Assembly (NCBI GenBank): GCA_022449945.1
Contig: JAKURM010000001.1
Span: 7,569 to 71,568, forward strand
Direction: 5' to 3'
Length of the DNA stretch: 64,000 bases
From: Candidatus Thalassarchaeum sp.
GTDB lineage: Archaea; Thermoplasmatota; Poseidoniia; Poseidoniales; Thalassarchaeaceae
The position numbers and the translations under genes are program-made. Positions 1 to 12,118 of this stretch are shown piece by piece. The notes beneath the pieces were generated by a model, which saw only the letters and a program-made list of their open reading frames with translations, had not been told where the DNA came from and made no database searches. Each line of letters begins with the position of its first letter. The stretch's first letter is position 1.

Positions 1-284
1 GCCGTCCCTGAATTGCCACACCAGAGATCAGTTGGCGACCCATCTAGTCCATCCGAACTCCCTTCTATGAGCCACTTCCCGCTCTCCTTGAAAAAGCGAG
101 TCCCAAACCCCTCGAGGCATTTCGCCATATCTTCGATATCCCTTCCTGGATGTCCATCGAATATCAATTCGGTTGGAGTCGAACACTGAGAAGCCAGCAC
201 CATCCACCTAATCATGTGGCTCTTTGATGGAGGCAGCCTCCAGTGTACTTCTTCCGGCCTCGTCAAGGCCTCGATTTCTAGCAT
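1..284 (-). CDS. partial CDS (N-terminal ~94 aa, runs off left edge), function unknown
   Basis: Hand translation of minus strand: ATG at 284-282 (MLEIEALTRPEEVHWRLPPSKSHMIRW...) stays open to position 1. It starts 42 nt downstream of the stop of ORF 327..1172 in the same orientation. It is absent from the ORF track because it has no stop inside the window. Confidence 0.3.
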   Translation of the reverse strand, partial: MLEIEALTRPEEVHWRLPPSKSHMIRWMVLASQCSTPTELIFDGHPGRDIEDMAKCLEGFGTRFFKESGKWLIEGSSDGLDGSPTDLWCGNSGT

Positions 285-326
285 GCCTCTGCCATGTCCA
301 TTTTCCAGTTGAATGCTCGTATTGGG

Positions 327-1172
327 CTATTTCCTGATCCACTCGCCAAAGTCACTAATTCCATCCCATTCATTGGCCCTCCCGTCAATCAAGCTTCTCT
401 GCATCGTTTCTTCAAGGGAGCCTCGCATTTTGACCAGATTGTTCCTGTGCAGAATCTTTGGACTCAGCCCCGGAAGGAGAACTGCCAGAACCCTGGGGAC
501 TCTACCGGGATAAACCTCATTCACGTGTTTTACTATATTGGTGGTGCATGTATTTGTGATTGTATTGTACCATTCAGGAGAGTCATTAAGCTTGTTCGTT
601 CTTCGAAGATATGACTCCAGCATCCTCCTTTCGTTCCCTGGCCCTAATACCACTGCCTCGAACAGATGAGTAACCGACTTTCTCCTGCAACGTGTCCTAA
701 CTCCCACTACGTCCCTTTCGGTGGCCCAAACATAGATCAGTTCGTATTGCCTGAATAGCCCCTTGATCGGATGATAACGCTCTCCTTGTTCCCTTCTAAC
801 TTCAATCGAACATGCAATTCTGGTGCCATCCTCGGTTTCGAAACTCATTATCGTGTGGGCCATTTCCCTTCTTCCCGGGTCGAAGTACTCCAGTACGAAC
901 CAAATCTTTGTGACTTTGTCCAGCCTAATCTTGACATCGATCCATTGTTCATCGAAGTCCCGAGTGCTCCTCCAGACAAAGTCCCTTACGTTTCGGATAG
1001 TGACCACATCCCCATCGAATTCTGCTTTAGCTGTCTTCTTGTTGTCGTTTACCCATGACCTGTCGTTTGATGGTTTGAGTCTTAGGTGCCTCACAAGTAT
1101 CCACCCAAATAGGATAACCAGGAAAATAATCAGTGCAACCAGGGGGGTTGGATATCCGGACACGGACGACAC
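327..1172 (-). CDS. hypothetical membrane-anchored protein (single N-terminal TM helix, soluble C-terminal domain)
   Basis: 281-aa ORF with an N-terminal hydrophobic segment LVALIIFLVILFGWILV. No family recognised by eye. Confidence 0.45.
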   Translation of the reverse strand: MSSVSGYPTPLVALIIFLVILFGWILVRHLRLKPSNDRSWVNDNKKTAKAEFDGDVVTIRNVRDFVWRSTRDFDEQWIDVKIRLDKVTKIWFVLEYFDPGRREMAHTIMSFETEDGTRIACSIEVRREQGERYHPIKGLFRQYELIYVWATERDVVGVRTRCRRKSVTHLFEAVVLGPGNERRMLESYLRRTNKLNDSPEWYNTITNTCTTNIVKHVNEVYPGRVPRVLAVLLPGLSPKILHRNNLVKMRGSLEETMQRSLIDGRANEWDGISDFGEWIRK

Positions 1173-1215
1173 ACTCCGTAGGAAGGGCCAAGGCGCATGA
1201 ATACTCGCTTTTTGT

Positions 1216-1302
1216 TGGCGCGGCAGGGGAGATTCGAACTCCCGAGGTGAGACACCACTGGATTAGCAATCCAGCGCAATGGCCAGGCTATGCGACTGCC
1301 GC
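1216..1302 (-). tRNA. tRNA-Ser (anticodon GCT), long variable arm, genomically encoded CCA
   Basis: Reverse complement folds as acceptor GCGGCAG/CTGCCGC, anticodon stem CTGGA/TCCAG with loop TTGCTAA (anticodon GCT), variable arm GGTG-TCT-CACC, T-arm GGGAG-TTCGAAT-CTCCC, discriminator G, CCA. Confidence 0.85.
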
Positions 1303-1347
1303 AGTAAATCTTCGACCTGAGATTCGGGCTTAAGAGGAACGGTTCCA

Positions 1348-4053
1348 CTACTCTTCTTCAGAGTCATGTTCCAAGTAATCTTCAGAGTCAACCAAGTCCG
1401 ACGGTAGTCTAGCAACAAATACGATTTCGTCAACATAGCCCGTTCGTTCGGAGTTTCTTAGTTCCATTATACGAGTTCCTTTGGTAACCTTGCCCAGAGT
1501 CTCTTTGGTTTGTCCCGAGGCCATCCTAATCATCATCCCCGATCCTGTAAGCATGAATAACTGGTCCTCTAGGTCAGGAATCTGGCGGACACTTACGATA
1601 TGATCATCCTCCCTGAGTGACATCGTGCGAACGCCCTTTGTTCCTCTGTTTGTTTTCCTGTACCCGTCTCTTTCGAATAATTGCTGACCCGAATCATCCA
1701 ATTCCTGCACCCCTTCTTCGTTGACCTGCGCAATCATTTCCCCCGAACCCAATCTGCTACGCTTGGCCATCCCGAATCTTGAAATCGTCAGAACGCTAGT
1801 ATCGAAATCATCCGTGACAATCATTCCGATGACTCTGTCGCCATCCCCTAGTTTCATCCCCGAGACTCCCTGGCTAATCCTTCCTTGCACCCTGACGACG
1901 TAGGTTGTCATTTTCTCGCCGGTTTCGGGAGATTCCCTGGTTTTCTCCTCTGATGGCTTGAATCTACAGGCATTCCCTCTTGCTGAGACTAAAACCACAT
2001 GGTCAGAATCGGTCGCGGGTCTGACTGTAACAAGTGAGTCATCAGCTCCTTCGGCAAACCTTAGGGCATACTTTCCGTTTCGGTTTATCCTAGCATATTC
2101 TGAGAGCCTACTCTTCTTTATTCTGCCCTTTGAGGTTGCAAACATGAGGTAGTGCCCCTCTGGATTTTCAATTAGCGACCTATCCAACGGGAGGATAGAA
2201 ATCACCTTCTCGTCCTCTCTAATGCCTCCGAGGAGGTTTCGAATGTGGGATCCTCTACCATACCTACTCGCGGAAGGCGTCTCCCAAGCCCTAAGTCCGT
2301 ACACTCTTCCCTGATCAGTAAATATCAGCAAACGGTCCTTGGAGAAGCATGTGATAATTTTGGAAGGAGTATCCTCTTCTTTGGTCGCCACTCCCTTCAG
2401 CCCCTTTCCTCCTCGGTTCTGTAAACGGAAGGCCTCTACAGGGAGGTGCCTGATGTAGTTGTCCTGAGTTAGCGAAATCACGATGGCCTGTTCTGCCACC
2501 AGGTCTTCCCTATCCATAGACAATGGTGTCGGATCAATTGTAGTTCTCCTTTCGTCACCGTGCCTCTCGACGAGTCCGTCCAGCTCTTCCCCGATGATTC
2601 CAAGAATTCTGATCCTGCTTGATAGTATTCCTTCGTACTCTACAATTGAATCTTCTAGCTTACCAAGCTCCTCCGAAACTTCTTGTACATTCATTCTGGT
2701 GAGTTGGTAAAGCCGTCTTTCGGCAATTGCCTTGGCCTGTCTCTCGGAAAACTCGAAGCGCTTGATTTTGGGGTATTTCTCCTCCCCTCTGAGGTACTTC
2801 TCGAAATGATCTCTGGAGTCTGAATTCCTTCCCACCTCGATTATCTCGCCCATCCTATCTTGGGCCTTGATTAGCCCCTCGAGAATGTGAGCCCTGGCTT
2901 GGGCCCTTTCCAAGTCATGCTTAGTCCTTCGTTCGACAACCGACTCCCGATGGCGCACGTATGTATGTAGGATGGTCCTCAGATCGAGTTGTACTGGTTC
3001 GCCTTTCAGTATTCCCATCATGTTTGAGGAGTAAGACTCCTGGAGCCGACTGGACTGGTAAAGTTGGTTGAGAACCGCATGAGCATCTGCATTCTGCTTG
3101 ATCTCAATTACTACCCTGATGCCTTCTTTGTTGGACTCGTCTCTTATGTCCCTAATTCCCTTGATAGCCTCTTTCTGAACAAGTTCAGCAATCCCCTGCA
3201 ACATTGTCGCCTTCTTTACTTGGTATGGTATTGAGTGGATGATCAACCTCTTCCCGCTGGAGTCTTCAAGTACCTCCACTTCAGATCTAATGTGGAATTT
3301 GCCATTTCCTGTACGATACATGTCGACTATGCCATCGATACCGTAGATAGTAGCTCCCGTGGGGAAGTCCGGTCCCTTGAGGTATTCCATGTACTCTAGG
3401 GCATCAATCTTAGGGGGGTTATCAAGGCCGATTTTTCGGTTTTGCTCTATCACTCTCTCGATATGGAACTTCGTTGCTGCTACTACTTCGTTGAGGTTGT
3501 GAGGGGGAATTTTAGTTGCCATTCCGACGGCAATCCCATCACTTCCGTTCAGCAGAAGGTTAGGTAGTCTGGAGGGTAGGACTGATGGTTCCTTCTCCGT
3601 TTCGTCGAAGTTTGGCTCCATGTCAATTGTGTTTTTGTTTATGTCATCCAGCATGTGTTGAGATAACCTGTCCAGGCGACTCTCCGTGTAACGCATCGCA
3701 GCTGGCGGATCGCCGTCAATGGAGCCGAAATTTCCCTGTCCGTCAATCAATGGGTATCTCAGGGAGAAATCTTGTGCCATCCTGACCATTGTATCGTAAA
3801 GTGCCTGGTCTCCGTGTGGGTGGAACTTACCCATTACCTCGCCAACTGACCTTGCAGATTTGCTGTACCCCTTATCATGGGTGTGACCGGCCTGGTGCAT
3901 GCCCCACAGGATTCTCCTGTGAACTGGCTTCAGACCGTCCCTTGCATCGGGAAGTGCCCTGCCGATAATGACGCTCATTGCATAGTTGATGTAACTCTCC
4001 TTCATCTCATCAGAGATGTTTCTCCTAAGAAGATCTTCAGCCATTCCACTCAC
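1348..4053 (-). CDS. gyrA: DNA gyrase subunit A
   Basis: 901 aa. N-terminus [28 protein letters not shown] with the catalytic-Tyr region, C-terminal beta-pinwheel repeats. Sits 1 nt downstream of the gyrB stop. Confidence 0.95.
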   Translation of the reverse strand: MSGMAEDLLRRNISDEMKESYINYAMSVIIGRALPDARDGLKPVHRRILWGMHQAGHTHDKGYSKSARSVGEVMGKFHPHGDQALYDTMVRMAQDFSLRYPLIDGQGNFGSIDGDPPAAMRYTESRLDRLSQHMLDDINKNTIDMEPNFDETEKEPSVLPSRLPNLLLNGSDGIAVGMATKIPPHNLNEVVAATKFHIERVIEQNRKIGLDNPPKIDALEYMEYLKGPDFPTGATIYGIDGIVDMYRTGNGKFHIRSEVEVLEDSSGKRLIIHSIPYQVKKATMLQGIAELVQKEAIKGIRDIRDESNKEGIRVVIEIKQNADAHAVLNQLYQSSRLQESYSSNMMGILKGEPVQLDLRTILHTYVRHRESVVERRTKHDLERAQARAHILEGLIKAQDRMGEIIEVGRNSDSRDHFEKYLRGEEKYPKIKRFEFSERQAKAIAERRLYQLTRMNVQEVSEELGKLEDSIVEYEGILSSRIRILGIIGEELDGLVERHGDERRTTIDPTPLSMDREDLVAEQAIVISLTQDNYIRHLPVEAFRLQNRGGKGLKGVATKEEDTPSKIITCFSKDRLLIFTDQGRVYGLRAWETPSASRYGRGSHIRNLLGGIREDEKVISILPLDRSLIENPEGHYLMFATSKGRIKKSRLSEYARINRNGKYALRFAEGADDSLVTVRPATDSDHVVLVSARGNACRFKPSEEKTRESPETGEKMTTYVVRVQGRISQGVSGMKLGDGDRVIGMIVTDDFDTSVLTISRFGMAKRSRLGSGEMIAQVNEEGVQELDDSGQQLFERDGYRKTNRGTKGVRTMSLREDDHIVSVRQIPDLEDQLFMLTGSGMMIRMASGQTKETLGKVTKGTRIMELRNSERTGYVDEIVFVARLPSDLVDSEDYLEHDSEEE

Positions 4054-4054
4054 C

Positions 4055-6047
<1,993 letters not shown>

Positions 6048-6200
6048 ACTTCATCGTCTATGTCATAATGTCGCGGTTATTCAACCTAATGGGTTTATTT
6101 CTTCCAATACCTCGATTATTCGGAAAATACTCCATCCCCGTGGACCAACCAATTTTCACTCTCGACATGGTTAAACAGGCAACTACGGTCGCATTTCCGA

Positions 6201-6998
6201 ATGAAGCATCCTTTGGTGTGCATAACCCTTAGGGGAGAAACGGCTGAACAGGTGTCTCGAGATGCCTTATCTGCAAAGGACCTCGGAGCTGATTTGGTCG
6301 AAGTCAGGATTGACATGCTATGGTTAAGGGAGGAAAGAGTACCAATTGAGAAGGAAAACGACGACAATTATGGCGATCGTAACGAGTTTAGCATCACTCA
6401 AAATTTTCTGGACGTCGAAGATGTCGACATCAAGACGGATTTGGAAACAATTTCTGCTTCCATCGATGTTCCTTTGATTTTCACCTGCCGCTCCAGGGAC
6501 CAGGGCGGATTTTTCCCCGGGGACGAGAGCCAGAGAACGGAAGTTCTGAAGGAAGCAATCTCACTAAACCCTCAGTGGGTTGATTTGGAAGTTAGCATTA
6601 ATCCTGGAATTAGAGAGGAAATCACCTCCATAATCGGTAAGGAGACCAAGATCATTGCGTCTATTCACTCCAATGAGAAAACCCCGCCTCCCTCGGAAAT
6701 AGTGCAGGACGTCTTGGACAATCAAGAACTGGGAGATATCGTCAAGGCATGTTATATCACGAAAAACAGGACGGACGGACTCAGAATTTTTGAGGCAGCC
6801 TGGGAGTTAAAAGACTCCGATACCGACTCCACTCTCATGGGACTAGGGCCCGGTGGTGACTGGTCGCGAATCCATGCGCCCCTGTTGGGCCAATTCATGG
6901 TGTATTCTACAACTGAATCGGGGTGGCACCTTGCACAGCAGGGGAGGATTAACGCCTCAGACCTGAAGACGGCATGGGGCCTTCTAGGTTATGCATAG
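6201..6998 (+). CDS. aroD: 3-dehydroquinate dehydratase, type I
   Basis: 265 aa. LVCITLRGETAEQV...DLVEVRIDML N-terminus and KIIASIHS active-site Lys region typical of type I DHQase. Confidence 0.65.
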   Translation: MKHPLVCITLRGETAEQVSRDALSAKDLGADLVEVRIDMLWLREERVPIEKENDDNYGDRNEFSITQNFLDVEDVDIKTDLETISASIDVPLIFTCRSRDQGGFFPGDESQRTEVLKEAISLNPQWVDLEVSINPGIREEITSIIGKETKIIASIHSNEKTPPPSEIVQDVLDNQELGDIVKACYITKNRTDGLRIFEAAWELKDSDTDSTLMGLGPGGDWSRIHAPLLGQFMVYSTTESGWHLAQQGRINASDLKTAWGLLGYA

Positions 6999-7916
6999 TC
7001 ATCCTTCTTTCAGGAAAGGAACCTCGCGTAGCTCTTCGCTTTCCTTTCCTTCAGATGCCGACGAATGGTATCTCGAATGGAAAACTATTGGGATGATGAT
7101 GCAAGATAATGGGAGTGAGCCAATTAGTAGGTATGCAGTGTAATTGGGGAGGGTGAACCTCTCCTCTACGTCAATCAGCACCTCAACGCTCATGTTTCCA
7201 GATGCTCCTTCGTCGTTCGGTCTCCCGTTGTCCCAACCATCCAGAATCAGATGGAACTCCTGGTAATTGCTCTCTCCTCCCAAGCCCGCGAATGACCATG
7301 ATGAACCAGAAGTGTCAATTGCAACAGAGAACTCTTCGTATGTCACTGACTCGTATGCATGGGCGTCCCGAAATGGCAACCAGATTAGCAGGTCCCTCCA
7401 CTCTACGGGTACGCTATCAAAGTCGCACAACCCCTGAATAATGTCATCATAGAAGTCATTGGTCCGGCATTCGTAGTCGAACTTGTACTGGTCCAAGTTT
7501 GAGTCGGTTAGCAGGTAGATATCCCCCCTTTCGCTAAAGTCTACGCAGAACGTGTATCGATAACCGGGAACAAGTGACATTGAGATGATTGTGGCACTTG
7601 AATTACTTACTTCAATTCCTGGGAAACCACTCCATGTTCCGTCTGACCACTCGGTACTTAGTCCCCTGTTCAGTGCCATCAAACGACCATTGTCTTCTGA
7701 GGATCTTTCCAATGACGCCTCTCCCCCATCCAGAGTCTCGATTTCAAAGAAATCTCCAGGCTTTATCCCATCAGGCCAATCACTACTGGGTGTAATGTCG
7801 CATGAACTCGATGCAGAACTGGCATTATCGGACATCAAAGACATAGAGAAAATAGAGAGTAGGATAATTAGAGGAACTCCAGATAGGGCAAATCTACTTC
7901 CAATTGACCGGTTCAC
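6999..7916 (-). CDS. exported protein with C-terminal TM anchor (hypothetical)
   Basis: 305 aa, N-terminal signal peptide, C-terminal hydrophobic helix plus short tail. Start codon overlaps the stop of the upstream giant PKD protein by 1 nt, suggesting translational coupling. Confidence 0.5.
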   Translation of the reverse strand: MNRSIGSRFALSGVPLIILLSIFSMSLMSDNASSASSSCDITPSSDWPDGIKPGDFFEIETLDGGEASLERSSEDNGRLMALNRGLSTEWSDGTWSGFPGIEVSNSSATIISMSLVPGYRYTFCVDFSERGDIYLLTDSNLDQYKFDYECRTNDFYDDIIQGLCDFDSVPVEWRDLLIWLPFRDAHAYESVTYEEFSVAIDTSGSSWSFAGLGGESNYQEFHLILDGWDNGRPNDEGASGNMSVEVLIDVEERFTLPNYTAYLLIGSLPLSCIIIPIVFHSRYHSSASEGKESEELREVPFLKEG

Positions 7917-10900
7917 TATCTCCGCCTCGTTCTGATTGGTCGTACGTAGCCCGACTCCCTATTCGTCCTCTCATCGGTTGTGAGATATGTTGGTTGCGGA
8001 GGCGGAGAGTGCTGATCCATCCCGGGCATCCCTCCTTCAGCCTGGACTTCGTCGACACCGTAATTATCTACCATTTCCATTGCATCAAGTTCATCGTCAT
8101 CTCTTTCCCTCATAACCATCCAACCCAGGATTGCAACTAGTAGGACCAGTGCCATTAGTCCTGCACTCTCTTTACCAGGAATCAGGTCATTAACGGTCAG
8201 ATCTGACAGAGTCTTCGGTGGCGCGGTATCCTGTATTGATAGTACTGTAACCACATAGTCCTTTGAAGAGCACACTCCAACCCCGTCACAGACGGTTAGT
8301 GAAATCCTGACTTCCCCCGGGCTTCCCCAGGTTTGATTATCTTCGATCCAATCGTCTCGTGTGTCACCGTCGCAACCCTCGATTGTCATGCAGTCAGAGT
8401 CATAGAATACGTCCAGATCCCAATTGAATTCTAATCCGCCAGTCAACGACCTATCCTTGTCATTCGCAGGATCTCCATCCCCGTCGCTATCGAAAAGCGC
8501 ATCCTCGTCAAGCCAAGCAGACTCGAGGAACAAATCGTCCAAATCACTAGCATTTTCCCACAATTCAACTGAATCCCCTTCGATCACGTACTCGCTGTCT
8601 ATCGGGTTTTTTGTCACAATCTTAGGAGCCTGTGAAACAATCACAACCATCTCTGTAGTGTTGGATTCGCCCTCTGCGAATCCATCAATCACAGTCAGCC
8701 TGACCACATACTCGCCAGATCTCTCATAATTGTGCCACACAACTGGTCCACTGGCGGGGGGACTAGCATCGCCAAAGTCCCAAATCCACGAAACAATTCC
8801 ATTCCATTCCGGACTGTTCATTTCGATTGAGGACTTCCCCTGGAATCCTGGATCTCCATCATGACTCCCGCTACCATCGAATCTAATCATATTGCCTGGA
8901 GCAACGAATCCACCTCCTGATGAGGTGTGGGGGACCTGCCAGACAATTGGTTCGTTGCCATCTGGAATTTCATTAATCATCTTCCCCTCCAAGCTAGGGC
9001 AACTGAAGGACAGTACTGGGATGGGAAGCGGGTTTTCTATGCTGAACAAGTATATCTTCGGAGCAGACGAAAGCCCCTTCTCGTCCAAGACTACAAGACT
9101 AACGCTGTAAAGCCCGGGTTCCGAGAATGTCCTACTAACCGACGAGGTATTCTCAATCGTACTGTCCATATCTGAAATCGTCCAAACATGTACAAGTGCT
9201 GACGAGTCCCCATCAGGGTCGAATGACGAGCTGTGGAAAATGTAGGCAGTCCCAACGTCACCATCAATTGGACGATCGAAAATAGCCACTGGGCGCTGGT
9301 TTAGGACTTCCACCTGAAAGAACGTAACAGAGGAATTTCCATCATCATCCGTAACTTCTAGTGTCACGTTCTTCAGGCCAGGTTCCCTCCAACCTACAAT
9401 CGGATTCGCCACGAATGATTTGATTTCTGAAAAATCAGATGCCAAAGAAAGTGACCCCCCTCCTAGGTTAACCCCTTCATCGAAGCTCCACCGGTACTCG
9501 ACAATGATTCCATCATCGTCAGTGAATACATCGGGCATACTGAGGGGAATCAGAGAATGAGTCTGTAGACTATCCGTTAGAATCTCCCTAGGCACTCTGT
9601 TCATCACTCTAACCAGGATTGATTTCTCTGCATATTGAGTCCCATCGCTTGCCCTTAGGGTCATTGAATACACCGTCCCATTAGCGCTTCCGTCGGCCCA
9701 GGAGTGTCCTACTTCGTAAAGTCCAACTCCCGAGTCAATCGATCCATCTCCGAAATCCCATTGGAAAGACAACTGCTCTATTGGAACGTTGTCCGATGTA
9801 CCAAATGAAGAGAACTGGACTCTCTGATTTGTATTGATAGTCAACTCATCATCTATTGAAATTCCTCCAATTGAGATATCCGGAATCGGATTTGATGAGT
9901 CATTCACGGAAATGTTCCAAGTCTGTATCTCGGAGAAATATCCACCAGCGTCTACTACTGTTAGAGAGATGGTATATTCACCTTGTTCCACATATGAATG
10001 GATGGGATTTTTGAGGCTAGAAATATTCCCGTCGCCTAGGTCCCAGATATACGATGAAGGCGTCTCATTTTGGTTGAAACTTCCATTTGATAATCCGAAC
10101 CCCCACGGATCAAACCCTCCTCCGAAAATATAGGTTGGCAACCATGTTTCGGTTAGGTTCGTTGAAATCGATCCAGACCCGAACGGCCTCATGTTAAACA
10201 CATATTCTGGAAGAGAGAGTGCTAAATCCTGCTCCTCGCCCATTATGTCGCTAATTCTGACTACAAAAGACACGTCACCGGAAAATTGCGGTGTGAACCA
10301 TATTGACTTGGTGGACGGCTCTCCGTTACTCGCAGAGAGGCCGAAACTTGCCGAGTCAACAACTGTGTTATTGGAGAATGCCTCTATTCCGACGTCTAGG
10401 GTCTCAAAGTATGCACTTGACGAAACGCTGATTGACAACTCAAGACTGTCATCTAGGCCGTCTTTGTCCCTATCGAAATCATGGATTGCGTCTATGGATA
10501 CCTCTGCTGGCTCGCTTAGTAGGTCGGCGTTAACCGTGAATGATCCGGTCGGATAAGAACCCCCAGGAAGGACTCCACAGTTTGCGAAGTCAATATCGCA
10601 ATCGTCTACCACCGAGTTGTACCAAACTAGTAGCCAAACTTCTGAGGTAGAATTTCCAAAACCGTGAATTAGTCCTGTTCCTATGCCGGTGGAACCATCT
10701 ATCCTAAGCTCGCTCATCGTCCAAGTCCCAGAAGACGCCTCTCTCACTAGTATCGCTCCTTCGAAACCGAATCTATCTGGTTGAATCATCAGATTTAGCG
10801 GATCTCCATTCCCCTGGGTGAACCTGAATGAGCTGAATCCCCAACCTTCCAAGCTGTACCCTTGTGACTGCCAAACTTCGGTCCAGACGCCATTTGACTC

Positions 10901-12052
10901 CCTAGGCGGTGCTCTGCAGAGAACTTCCGAATCACAGTCGTCCTCTAGATCTAGTTCAGAGAAACCAAATGCCCCCTGTGGGCTATCCAAGGTCATCGCA
11001 GCACTGAAGTTGGAGAATATCTCGCTCATGGTATCTCCCACAGGTGTCGATCCGGGGCCAGGGTTCCTAGCTAGGTTCTCTATCCCTGAACCGCCAATCG
11101 AAGAGTCAGACACAAGGCTCCTGATTGAAGGAGCACCCCCCAGCATGTCTGACAAGTACATCAGGAAGAGGAAGCCAGATCCCCTATCCGAAGACCTTTC
11201 ATTCCACCATCTGAGGCTCGTGCTTGTGTTCTCTGCCCATGAATTCGCATTCGACTCAAGATCAGAATTTGAACCGAAGCAAACGAACTCTGCCATCTCC
11301 GCAGCTCCTTCAACAATCCATAGGTACTCGTATGGGTCCCATGCATTGTGTATCAGTAGGCCAAACTCGTGGGCAAGAATTGGGTTCCTACTCCCAAGGT
11401 CGTCCACATCGACAAACAGGGACTCCCTGATCGAAGAAATGCTGGGCTGGAAGTACCCACCAGTTCCCCCAATTCCATCAACTGAGTGAACCACTATCTC
11501 GATTTGGCAATTGTTGTCCACATCAGGGGCGTCACCGAAGTGATTAGTATTGGTCGGATAGATTATCGATTCCCATGTCGAGGTGATGTCGTTAAGGGTG
11601 GTCGACGAAACAACCTGTCCATCCTCGACGAATACTGCGGCATTTGCAGACACCCTCTCGACCGTTGCCACGATCGTTCCATCTGTGGTTGTTATGTTAT
11701 CCGAATCACCAACGGACCACGCGCTCTCACAGCTTCTCTGATGCCCACGGGAATGTTGGCTCCCTTTTTCAAATGGGAGAAATAGGCCAGGGTATCCTTC
11801 TTTGGCCCATTCAATCTTCAAGTAGGATGAAGCTGAAAATAGCTCAACTCCCCCTTCGTTTAGTAAGTATGACCTCCCATCTTCTTCGAATTGGTAGGGG
11901 TATATCTCTCCAGAAATATCCTGATCATTTATTCCATTGTTTCCTTCTTCGGAGGTCACCACAGGTGTGGCAGTCGCAAATAGCATTGTCATCGACATGA
12001 TCAATACTCGGTGGGTTCGAGTATTTCCAGCAGCCCCATTCATGACAAACAC
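7916..12052 (-). CDS. giant exported PKD-repeat surface protein, C-terminally membrane anchored (adhesin-like)
   Basis: 1378 aa. Multiple PKD signatures (WDFGDGS, WDLGDGN, WDFGDAS), signal peptide, C-terminal TM (LMALVLLVAILGWMVM) and ~70-aa charged tail. Start uncertain (ATG at 12052, 12043 or 11998). Confidence 0.8.
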   Translation of the reverse strand: MFVMNGAAGNTRTHRVLIMSMTMLFATATPVVTSEEGNNGINDQDISGEIYPYQFEEDGRSYLLNEGGVELFSASSYLKIEWAKEGYPGLFLPFEKGSQHSRGHQRSCESAWSVGDSDNITTTDGTIVATVERVSANAAVFVEDGQVVSSTTLNDITSTWESIIYPTNTNHFGDAPDVDNNCQIEIVVHSVDGIGGTGGYFQPSISSIRESLFVDVDDLGSRNPILAHEFGLLIHNAWDPYEYLWIVEGAAEMAEFVCFGSNSDLESNANSWAENTSTSLRWWNERSSDRGSGFLFLMYLSDMLGGAPSIRSLVSDSSIGGSGIENLARNPGPGSTPVGDTMSEIFSNFSAAMTLDSPQGAFGFSELDLEDDCDSEVLCRAPPRESNGVWTEVWQSQGYSLEGWGFSSFRFTQGNGDPLNLMIQPDRFGFEGAILVREASSGTWTMSELRIDGSTGIGTGLIHGFGNSTSEVWLLVWYNSVVDDCDIDFANCGVLPGGSYPTGSFTVNADLLSEPAEVSIDAIHDFDRDKDGLDDSLELSISVSSSAYFETLDVGIEAFSNNTVVDSASFGLSASNGEPSTKSIWFTPQFSGDVSFVVRISDIMGEEQDLALSLPEYVFNMRPFGSGSISTNLTETWLPTYIFGGGFDPWGFGLSNGSFNQNETPSSYIWDLGDGNISSLKNPIHSYVEQGEYTISLTVVDAGGYFSEIQTWNISVNDSSNPIPDISIGGISIDDELTINTNQRVQFSSFGTSDNVPIEQLSFQWDFGDGSIDSGVGLYEVGHSWADGSANGTVYSMTLRASDGTQYAEKSILVRVMNRVPREILTDSLQTHSLIPLSMPDVFTDDDGIIVEYRWSFDEGVNLGGGSLSLASDFSEIKSFVANPIVGWREPGLKNVTLEVTDDDGNSSVTFFQVEVLNQRPVAIFDRPIDGDVGTAYIFHSSSFDPDGDSSALVHVWTISDMDSTIENTSSVSRTFSEPGLYSVSLVVLDEKGLSSAPKIYLFSIENPLPIPVLSFSCPSLEGKMINEIPDGNEPIVWQVPHTSSGGGFVAPGNMIRFDGSGSHDGDPGFQGKSSIEMNSPEWNGIVSWIWDFGDASPPASGPVVWHNYERSGEYVVRLTVIDGFAEGESNTTEMVVIVSQAPKIVTKNPIDSEYVIEGDSVELWENASDLDDLFLESAWLDEDALFDSDGDGDPANDKDRSLTGGLEFNWDLDVFYDSDCMTIEGCDGDTRDDWIEDNQTWGSPGEVRISLTVCDGVGVCSSKDYVVTVLSIQDTAPPKTLSDLTVNDLIPGKESAGLMALVLLVAILGWMVMRERDDDELDAMEMVDNYGVDEVQAEGGMPGMDQHSPPPQPTYLTTDERTNRESGYVRPIRTRRR

Positions 12053-12087
12053 TCCGTTAGAGACTCATTGCAATCCGTCCGAATACG

Positions 12088-12095
12088 TATTTTAA
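12088..12095. promoter_or_regulatory. candidate shared/bidirectional TATA element (TATTTTAA) between divergent giant-adhesin and glutaminyl-cyclase genes
   Basis: AT-rich octamer 24-31 nt upstream of the ATG at 12119 (leaderless-type spacing) and ~36-43 nt upstream of the minus-strand ATG at 12052. Confidence 0.3.
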
Positions 12096-12118
12096 CATCG
12101 ATGGAGCATCGTTCGTAC

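Noticed and set aside
1216-1302. Possible intron in the 87-nt tRNA-Ser
   Set aside because: The extra length is fully explained by the class II long variable arm (GGTG-TCT-CACC); the anticodon loop is 7 nt with no bulge-helix-bulge motif.
11200-11260. HEFGLLIH segment in the giant PKD protein as a zinc-metalloprotease HExxH site
   Set aside because: The spacing is HExxxxxH, not HExxH, and there is no downstream Glu/His third ligand motif. I am not confident it is a peptidase domain.
10818-11489. 223-aa plus-strand ORF (and many others of 60-180 aa) inside the giant PKD-protein and subtilase genes
   Set aside because: They are antisense shadows of long, clearly coding minus-strand genes. This also applies to 12923-13465, 28376-28930, 56102-56593 and 23266-23511.
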